A stretch of DNA of 64,000 nt, from NCBI GenBank assembly GCA_965262725.1, contig OZ253555.1:1760001-1824000 (forward strand), in the 5' to 3' direction. Position numbers and translations under genes: made by a program. Source of the stretch: Dehalococcoidia bacterium (GTDB lineage: Bacteria; Chloroflexota; Dehalococcoidia; UBA2979). Within the stretch, counting starts at the first letter, position 1, and each line of letters begins with the position of its first letter. Shown piece by piece: positions 56,609-64,000 of this stretch. The notes under the pieces were generated by a model. That model saw nothing but the letters and a program-made list of their open reading frames with translations, made no database searches and was not told where the DNA came from.

Positions 56609-57616
56609 ATGATCGCGCAGGAGGGCGCGCCGGTGGATCTCTCCGTCGATCTGGCACCGCGGGGGAAGCGACAGCTCTGGCTTCGCAACCCGGTGATGAC
56701 CGCCTCCGGCACCTCCTCGAACGGTCTCGAGCTCGCCAGGCGCTTCGATATCGAGGCGCTGGGCGCGATCGTCTCGAAGGGCACGACGCTGCGCCCGCGC
56801 CGCGGCAATCCGACACCCCGAACCGTCGAGACGGCGGGCGGGATGCTGAACTCGATCGGATTCCAGAACGTCGGTGTCGGCGCCCTGATCCGCGGGCTGG
56901 CGCCGGTGTGGGCGCGCTGGGATGTTCCGGCGATCGTCAACATCATGGGCGACACCCTCGACGAGTACGGGCGGCTCGCCGAGCGGCTCGACGACATCGC
57001 GGGCGTCGCCGGGCTCGAGGTCAACGTCTCGTGCCCCAACGTCGAGGTCGGCGGGATGGAGTTCGGGCAGGATCCCGCGCTCGCCGCCGACGTGGTGCGG
57101 GTGGTGCGCCGGCAGAGCTCGCTCCCGTGCCTCGTGAAGATCACGCCCAGCGTCGCCGATGTGCGCCCCGTGGTGGAGGCCGTCGCGGAGGCCGGCGCCG
57201 ACGCCGTCACCGTGATGAACACGGTGCCGGGCATGGCCATCGATCGCGAGCGCCGTCGCCCGCTACTCGGCTCGGTCTTCGGCGGACTCTCCGGCCCGGC
57301 GATCAAGCCCATCGCACTGCGCAACGTCTGGTTGGCGGCCTCCGTGACGTCGATCCCTGTCGTCGCCTCGGGCGGGATCATGACGGGCGGGGACGCGGCG
57401 GAGTTCTTGCTCGCGGGCGCCTCCGCCGTCCAGGTCGGAACGGCCAGCTTCCTCGACCCCCGCGCGCCGTGGAACGTGCTCGAGGAGCTCGTGGCGTGGT
57501 GCGAGTCGGAGGGAGTCGAGGCCCTCGACGAGATCGTCGGCGCGGCACGCCCGGGCGGCGGGCCGCCGCCCGTAGCGCGCGTCGCGGCCGTTCCTCCCGC
57601 CGCGGGCGGCTCCTGA
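56609..57616 (+). CDS. pyrD: Dihydroorotate dehydrogenase, class 1B catalytic subunit
   Basis: NPVMTASGT, GNPTPR, N.IG.QN.G, NVSCPNV, GGLSGPAIKP.A. Confidence 0.94.
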   Translation: MIAQEGAPVDLSVDLAPRGKRQLWLRNPVMTASGTSSNGLELARRFDIEALGAIVSKGTTLRPRRGNPTPRTVETAGGMLNSIGFQNVGVGALIRGLAPVWARWDVPAIVNIMGDTLDEYGRLAERLDDIAGVAGLEVNVSCPNVEVGGMEFGQDPALAADVVRVVRRQSSLPCLVKITPSVADVRPVVEAVAEAGADAVTVMNTVPGMAIDRERRRPLLGSVFGGLSGPAIKPIALRNVWLAASVTSIPVVASGGIMTGGDAAEFLLAGASAVQVGTASFLDPRAPWNVLEELVAWCESEGVEALDEIVGAARPGGGPPPVARVAAVPPAAGGS

Positions 57617-57759
57617 GCGGCCGGCGGCTCCGCATCCCGTCTGCGGGCTCGCCGGGATGTGCTCGATCGGGGCGCTCGCGCCCCCGCCTGGTGGGGAGCT
57701 GCGGCGGGGCTCGTTGACCCGTGCCCGCGATGCGCCGTAGCGTCGTGGAGTCGGCCGAT

Positions 57760-57836
57760 CGGGGCGTAGCTCAGCCTGGCAGAGCGCTGCGTTTGGGACG
57801 CAGAGGTCCGCAGTTCAAATCTGCGCGCCCCGACCA
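57760..57836 (+). tRNA. tRNA-Pro(TGG)
   Basis: CGGGGCG/CGCCCCG acceptor stem, CTGCG-TTTGGGA-CGCAG anticodon arm, GTTCAAATC T-loop, encoded CCA. Confidence 0.97.
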
Positions 57837-57998
57837 CGGGCCGCGTGCTCCGGAGGAGCCGCCGGACCGGTGGGCGACCGCCTCGCGGGGCGCCGGGTGA
57901 GCCCACAGAGCGCCGTGGCCGGTCGCCTCCCGCGTTGTGGGGCTTTCGGGCTGCTGCTACGATCCGCCCCTCCGCGACGTCGCTCCAGGGGGCGGGCC

Positions 57999-58217
57999 AT
58001 GCTGAACGAACTGCCTCCGTACGTGCTCGTCGCGCGGATCGGCTCGATCCTGGGGATGGCGCTCGCTCTCTCCATCGGGCTGCTGCTCTTGATCGGCGGC
58101 TCCGTGCTCCCCTCCGTCGTGGCGTTTGCCGCCTTCGCCCCTGCGTTCGGCCTGATGGTGCTGGTGGAGCGCCTCGCGGAGGGGCGCTCCGGCGGCCGCA
58201 CGCCGCCCGAGGCGTAG
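57999..58217 (+). CDS. Small two-helix membrane protein
   Basis: 72 aa with two hydrophobic segments; ATG after a G-rich RBS. Confidence 0.6.
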   Translation: MLNELPPYVLVARIGSILGMALALSIGLLLLIGGSVLPSVVAFAAFAPAFGLMVLVERLAEGRSGGRTPPEA

Positions 58218-58350
58218 CGACGGCGCAGCCCGCGTACACCCGGGCGGTGCCCCGGACGTTCCGTTCGGCGGCGGTGCGGGGTTCCGTGCGCGAGCCGGCG
58301 AACTGCCCTCGGCCGCGGCGGCGGTCCGAGGATGGGGCAGGGCAGCGCCG

Positions 58351-59169
58351 CTACTTCTCGATGATCTCGATCTCGAGGATGGCGTCGCCGGGCCCCGGGG
58401 CGCTGGCCGGATCGCGCGCGGTTAGCGCGCTCAGCACCTCCATCCCCGACGTGACGCGCCCGAAGGCGGTGAAGTCGTCGGCGAGGTGCGGCGTCGGAGC
58501 GAGCGTGATGAAGAACTGCGAGCCGTTGACGATGCTGCCGGCCTTCGCCATCGAGATGACGCCCGCGTCGAACGGGATGCTGTTGTGCTCTTCGTCGAGG
58601 TGGTAGCCGGCTCCGCCGAAGCCCGTGCCGGTGGGATCGCCGGCCTGCGCGACGAAGCCGGGCACGACGCGGTGGAAGGTCAGCCCCTCGTAGAAGCGGT
58701 TGCGCGCGAGGAAGACGAAGTTGTTGACGTAACCGGGAGCCTCGCCGGGTAGCAGCTCGATGCGCACCTCGCCGAGCTCGGTGCGAATCACCGCCTCGTA
58801 GCTGGCGCTCGTGTCGATTGCGAGCTGGGGCGGGGAGTCGTAGCTGCGGACGATCGCCTCGTCCCCGGCGCCATCGGACGGGTCGGTGGTCGCGCCCGGT
58901 GCCTCCGCGGTCGGAGTGGCGGTCGCCTCCCCCTCGACGGAGGGGACGTTGGGGGACGTGGTGCGTGTGGTTCCAGAGGTGCACTCCGTCGCGAAGATGA
59001 TGCTGCCGAGAGAGAGCACCAGCACGATGATCCCGCCGAGGTAGAACGCGCGCTGGTTGCGCTGCAGGTAGCCCATGAAGCCCGGGAACTCGATGGTTCC
59101 GGCGGGCTCGTAGCCGGCCGGCCGGCGCTGGCGCCGCCTCTTGCGCCGTCTTTGTCGGTCGTTGCTCAC
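58351..59169 (-). CDS. Cyclophilin-type peptidyl-prolyl isomerase, membrane-anchored
   Basis: NNF.FLA...FY.G..FHRV.PGF..Q.GDP.G.G.GG, NGSQFFIT, FG.V..GM; N-terminal TM helix. Confidence 0.92.
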   Translation of the reverse strand: MSNDRQRRRKRRRQRRPAGYEPAGTIEFPGFMGYLQRNQRAFYLGGIIVLVLSLGSIIFATECTSGTTRTTSPNVPSVEGEATATPTAEAPGATTDPSDGAGDEAIVRSYDSPPQLAIDTSASYEAVIRTELGEVRIELLPGEAPGYVNNFVFLARNRFYEGLTFHRVVPGFVAQAGDPTGTGFGGAGYHLDEEHNSIPFDAGVISMAKAGSIVNGSQFFITLAPTPHLADDFTAFGRVTSGMEVLSALTARDPASAPGPGDAILEIEIIEK

Positions 59170-59797
59170 TCGGCACTCCTCCGCCCGCCTCGTCCCGAGC
59201 CGGCACCACCCTCCGCGCGTTCCCCAGCAGGGGGCGCAGTCGCCGGGCGGCATCCACCCTACGGCCGCTGACGGCAGCGCTCCACTGCCGGCGGCCGCTG
59301 CTGCTGCCTGCCGGTCTGGCCGCCAACGCGCGGCTCAGCTCGCCCCGGGTGGGTCGGGCGATCGACGGCCGGGGTTGGCGGCCCGCCCGCTCGCCCTCCA
59401 CGCTCGCCGAACGCAGCGCCTCCCCGGGATGCGCCCCGGGGCTGTGTGGCGCCCGGGGTGCCTGCGAGCGGCTCGCCGCGTTCCGGAAGGACACCCATGG
59501 TCCGCTCGCCTCGCGGGCCGGATTGGCGAAGACGCATGGGCGAATGTACAATAGTCACGGCGGGGAACGGTTGCAGGGTTGCCTTGTGATTCATGCTGCT
59601 CCCAGGCCCGACAGCCACCTGCGCGCCCCGCTCGTCGCGGCCTCCGGTGAGCGCTCTTCCCGGCGGCACGGTTTGCCGCGGCCGGGCGCAGCGGCAGGTC
59701 CCGCTGGCCGTCGCAGTATCCGAGCCGCCCCCGGGGCGCCTCCGGGAGGTGACGCCCACCCGGCGGTGGCGGCCGCCGCCGCGACGCAGGGCGACCG

Positions 59798-62596
59798 ATG
59801 AGCCGCCGCTCTTTCGTCGCCGGCGCAGCCGCCGTGGCGGTCGTGATCGCGACCGTGCTGGTCGGGCACGCACCGGCGACGCCAGCCGCGGCCCAAGCCC
59901 CTCACATCTGCGATAACGGCACCGTCATCACCGACCCGACGGACACCGAGCTCGTCGCGGATTGCAAGATCCTCTGGGGCGCGAAGGAGGCGATCGAGGG
60001 CACGGGCCTCAACGTCAAGCGATGGCTCGACTGGGGCGCCACGAAGGCACTCTCGCAGTGGGAGGGAGTCACCGTCGGCGGCGACCCGAGGCGGGTGACG
60101 GAGTTCGAGCTGGCAGCCAACGACGGCAGCGAAGGTTACAGAGGGAATGTTCCGGCCGCGCTCGGGAGCCTCACAGGGCTGGTGAAGTTGAGGCTGCACT
60201 GGCACCACAATCTAGGCGGCAGCTACGGAGTCGGCGGAATCCCCTCGGAGCTCGGCAACCTCGTGAACCTGGTGCACCTGGTGATCAGTTACACACAGGT
60301 CGACGGTGAGATCCCATCCTCGATTGGAAACCTCACCAAGCTGGAACATCTCGACCTCGGAGGAAACAGTCTGTCCGGCGGCATACCGTCGGAGATATGG
60401 AACCTCACGGAGTTGCATACGCTGCGTCTCCACGCCAACGGACTCACGGGAACGATTTCCTCGGATGTGAAGAAGCTTACCAAGCTCAAGACGTTGAACC
60501 TGCATGGAAACAGCTTCTCCGGAAGCATACCCGCCGAGATCGCACAGCTTGCCGAGCTGGACAACTTGACTCTATATGAGAACGAATTCACCGGTACTAT
60601 TCCTCCAGCCATTGGCAATATGCCGAAGCTGACAACCCTGGATTTGAGATCGAATCAACTCACGGGTTCCATCCCCGGAACCCTTGTGAATCTGCTGCCC
60701 GAACTGGATCACCTGAGACTTAACGGCAACTCCTTCTCCGGCTGCGTGCCGCCGCTCTTGCTCGAGGTCGAATACAACGACCTTCCGTCCATCATGGAGT
60801 ACTACGAACTCCCGCTTTGCGGGTCGAGCACTAACACCAACCAGAACCAGGCTCCCGCGATCTCGTCGGCGGCGGTAGACGGCGACATGCTCACGCTGAC
60901 GTACAACGAGCCCCTCGACGAGACCTCGCAGCCGGCCATGACGGCGTACACCGTCACGGTGGACACCGTGGGCCGAGGGGTGACCGGTGTCGTCGTGAGC
61001 GGGAGCACCGTGACGCTCACCCTCGCCTCGGCGGTCGTCGGCGGCGAGGTGGTCCTCGTGAGCTACGACGCGCCGCAGACGGGCTTGGTGCAGGATACGA
61101 GCAGGACGGCCGCGGCCCGCCTGACCGACGAACCCGTGGAGAACGTCACCAACAACGACCCGTTCTTCACCACGGCCCCGTACTCGTTCACCATCGATGA
61201 GAACACGCGGGCTGTCGGGATGGTGCTCGCGGACGACGTGGATATCCAGGACACCGTCGGTTACAGGCTGACGCCAGCAGTCCCGCCCGACGACGGCCTG
61301 CTCTTCGGCATCACGAACGCCGGCGACCTGTTCTTCAAGCTGTCGACCGGCGCTGACTACGAGCACCCCGGATCCGTCGAGCGCAGCAATGTCGACCGGA
61401 ACGTCTACTGGGCGACCGTCGTGGCGACGAGCGGAACCGGCGACCGCACGAGCACGACGACCGAGCAGGTGACCGTGACGATCACCAACGTGGAGGAGGC
61501 CGGCGAACTGCGCTTCTCCTCGGAGCAGCCGCAGGTGGGGACGTCGCTGCTCGCCACGGTCGACGACCCGGACGGCAGCGTCTCCGACACCACGTGGAAG
61601 TGGGAAATCTCCTCGGACCAGAGCAACTGGACGACCCTGACGCACGAGACCACGCCCAATACGCCATCGTCCTCGTACGCCCCGGTCGCGGCCGATGAGA
61701 ACAAGTACATCCGCGTCACAGCCGAGTACACCGACGCGGTGCCGGGCGCGGATGAGGTCCAGCGGACGCTCACCAGCGCGGTCCAGGTCGCGCCGGACAA
61801 CAACACCGCGCCCACGTTCGAGCCGAGCGAGACGGGTCGGCGAAGCGTGGAGGAGGGCACCGGACCGAGGGAGCCCATCGGCCCGCCGGTCGAGGCCACC
61901 GACGCTGACACCGACACGCTCACGTACAGCCTCGGCGGCACGGACGCAGACTCCTTCGACATCGTCCCGTCGTCCGGACAGCTGCTGACCACGGCGCCGC
62001 TCGACTACGAGACGAAGGACAGCTACGAGGTCAGCGTCACTGCCACGGACCCGTCCGGTGAGACGGCCACGATCACCGTGACGATCACAGTCATCGATGT
62101 AGAGCCGGAGGACTGGCTCAACCCGCCGGACAACGGTGGCGGCGGCGGTGGCGGCGGTGGCGGCGGTGGCGGCGGTGGCGGCGGTGGCACCACCACCTTC
62201 AACGGGGGTGGCGGGGGTGGCGGGGGCGGTGGCGGTGGCGGCGGCGGAAGTCCCAGGCCGAGCGACGAGGACTTCGAGTGGAACGTGACGGGCGACATCG
62301 ATCCACTGGACTCCGCCAACAGCGATGCCACCGGCCTCTGGGGCGACGGCACGACGCTGTGGGTCGGTCAGAACGGAGACGGCACGAAGGACGGCGTCTT
62401 CGCCTACGACCTGACGAGCCACGAGCGCGTGGCCGATCTCGAGTTCGACCTGGCCGAGGAGAACCGCGCGCCGCGGGGCGTCTGGTCCGACCACGAGACG
62501 ATGTGGGTCTCCGACAGCGGGCAGGACCGCGTCTTCGCCTACGACCTCGAGAGCGGAGAGCGCCTCGAGGACCGGGAGTTCGAGTTCGCCGCCCGC
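59798..62596 (+). CDS. Giant secreted LRR / SwmB-repeat / cadherin / beta-propeller-repeat protein, exon 1 (933 codons)
   Basis: SRRSF signal peptide, about 8 plant-type LRRs (L.L..N.L.G.IP), SwmB-like module (LTLTYNEPLD), cadherin repeats (LDYE, ATD.D), poly-Gly linker, G.WSD..TMWV repeats. Confidence 0.88.
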
Positions 62597-63458
62597 GTGC
62601 GTCCGGAAGTCGAAGGGGTGGTGACGTGATGACGTGACCGGTCCGGAGACATGCTCGTTGCTGCCAGCCGGTGAGAGTCCGGCACGGGTAACTGTCAGGA
62701 GGCCCGTTAGCAGGTCGGCGGCGTGGACGGGAAACGGTCTGCGTCGAAGCCCGACGTCAAGAGCCCTATGAGGGGGAGCAAACGTGCGGTCCGCAGCATG
62801 ACGCGAAGTCTGCCGCGCCGTGAGACTCGCCTGTCTATTGACAGGACCAAGGAGGAGCCGAGCCCGGGTGGTCAGGGCGAAGGCCATGGACGAGGTGAAG
62901 ATCCTGGAATGCAGCCTCAAGAAACCTCCCGGCGTATGGGACGTGGAACGTACGGAAGGTAGCGACGGGAACCGGAGAAGCCCTCCCCGGCCCGGCACCC
63001 TGTGAGAGGGCGTCGGAGCGAGGCGTCCTATAACCGGTCAGAGCCGGGAAGTGGACAGCCAGCCGGAAGGGTGGCGGAGGGGGTCGTAGTACCGCTGGAG
63101 CCGGACGGACAACATAACCGCCGGTGATGGGAAGGACCCCTACTTTGTCCGTGCATGTTGCTGGGGGTGTGGACTGGTGAGTGCCCCTCGGGGCTAGCAA
63201 CCACTTGGTAGGGTTCGAGGCTCTCCGCACATGCTGTACCGGCTGGCCAAGGCACGACCCACGTTGTGGGGAGCGCTGCATGCCATCTGGTGAAGGGCAT
63301 CGGTGAGCCGGATGAGGGAGAACCTCACGTCCGGTTCGATGTGGCAGGGGCTGGAGACGGACGCTGCTATGGCCGTGGAGTTGGGCACCACCGGGAAACC
63401 GGCTTGGAACTGATGCGCCACCGCCTACGGCTCGCACCGCGCCAGCCCCTGACCCTAC
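62597..63458 (+). mobile_element. Group II intron, non-autonomous (IEP/RT deleted), 862 nt
   Basis: 5' GTGCG; domain V GAGCCGGATGAGGGAGAACCTCACGTCCGGTTC (63305-63337) with AGC triad; domain VI with bulged A (63452) ending CCCTAC; removal rejoins the host gene in frame. Confidence 0.93.
63177..63293 (+). pseudogene. Relic of the intron-encoded RT/maturase (N- and C-terminal stubs) in domain IV
   Basis: Degenerate ...GRVR...HMLYRLAKA... resembles IEP N-termini (VR.LQ..LY..AK); contains a stop and is fused to a C-terminal stub just before domain V. Confidence 0.6.
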
Positions 63459-64000
63459 AACCGCGACGCCCGTGGCATCTGGTCGGACGGCGAGGTGATG
63501 TGGGTGCTGGACGACAGCAGGCGCACGATCTTCACCTACGCGGTCGAGAGCGGGGAGTCCACGGGCGACTACGGGCTCGACTCCAGCAACAGCGAGCCGC
63601 ACGGAATCTGGTCGGACGGCTTCGCGATCTGGGTCTCGGACGGCACGGAGCGCAGGATCTTCGCCTACGTCCAGCAGGGTCAGGGCCTCACGCGCGTCAC
63701 GGACGAGGAGTTCCCCAACACGGTGCTGACGCGGGCCGGCAACAACAGCCCGCGCGGTATCTGGTCCGACGGTGTCCTGATGTACGTGGTCGATGCCCAC
63801 GACGACCGCATCTACACCTACAACATGCCGCCCGCCATCGACGCGCGGCTCGCATCGCTGACCCTGAGCGACGTCGATATCGGGGACTTCTCGAGCTACC
63901 GCACCGGGTACACGGGCGTCTCCGGTGACGGCGTGACGGTGACGACCATCGTCGCCGCCGCGACGCAGCCCGACGCCGCGGTGGAGCCAGCACCCGCTGA
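63459..64000 (+). CDS. Exon 2 of the giant surface protein (runs off the window end)
   Basis: Open frame NRDARGIWSDGEVMWVLD...PHGIWSDGFAIWVSD...SPRGIWSDGVLMYV...DARLASLTLS continues the repeats of exon 1. Confidence 0.88.

Noticed and set aside
57760-59800. Genomic island integrated at tRNA-Pro
   Set aside because: No integrase or duplicated tRNA 3' end seen; downstream genes look native
62597-63458. IS/MITE or diversity-generating retroelement as the explanation of the insertion
   Set aside because: No terminal inverted repeats, target duplication or TR/VR pair; ends and domains V/VI fit a group II intron
62723-63928. ORFs within or across the intron (62723..62962, 63266..63928, 62835..63800) as an RT or transposase
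   Set aside because: No RT motifs (e.g. YADD, PQG); they are translations of ribozyme sequence or off-frame exon 2

Overview
Very GC-rich bacterial chromosome segment. Gene content and style suggest Chloroflexota (Dehalococcoidia-like), possibly a sponge or other host-associated lineage; this is inference. Most of the window is housekeeping: serA, rph, argF, cdaA-cdaR-der-plsY-gpsA, a thiolase/DUF35/SDR cluster, a complex I (nuo) operon, dnaX-recR-recO, metG, a GuaB3-type IMPDH, a PyrR-attenuated pyr/car operon and tRNA-Pro. The most notable signals are: (1) an 862-nt group II intron (62597-63458) whose RT gene is reduced to a relic, sitting in phase 0 inside a giant secreted LRR/SwmB/cadherin/beta-propeller gene, so that splicing exactly restores the reading frame while unspliced RNA gives a 943-aa truncated form; (2) a nuo operon lacking every Fe-S subunit (B, I, E, F, G) and carrying an extra small gene; (3) a 33 x 11-bp minisatellite with a 77-bp higher-order period between two divergent -10 boxes; (4) a structured leader upstream of guaB3 with ydaO-like motifs; (5) a single-base frameshift in solA.
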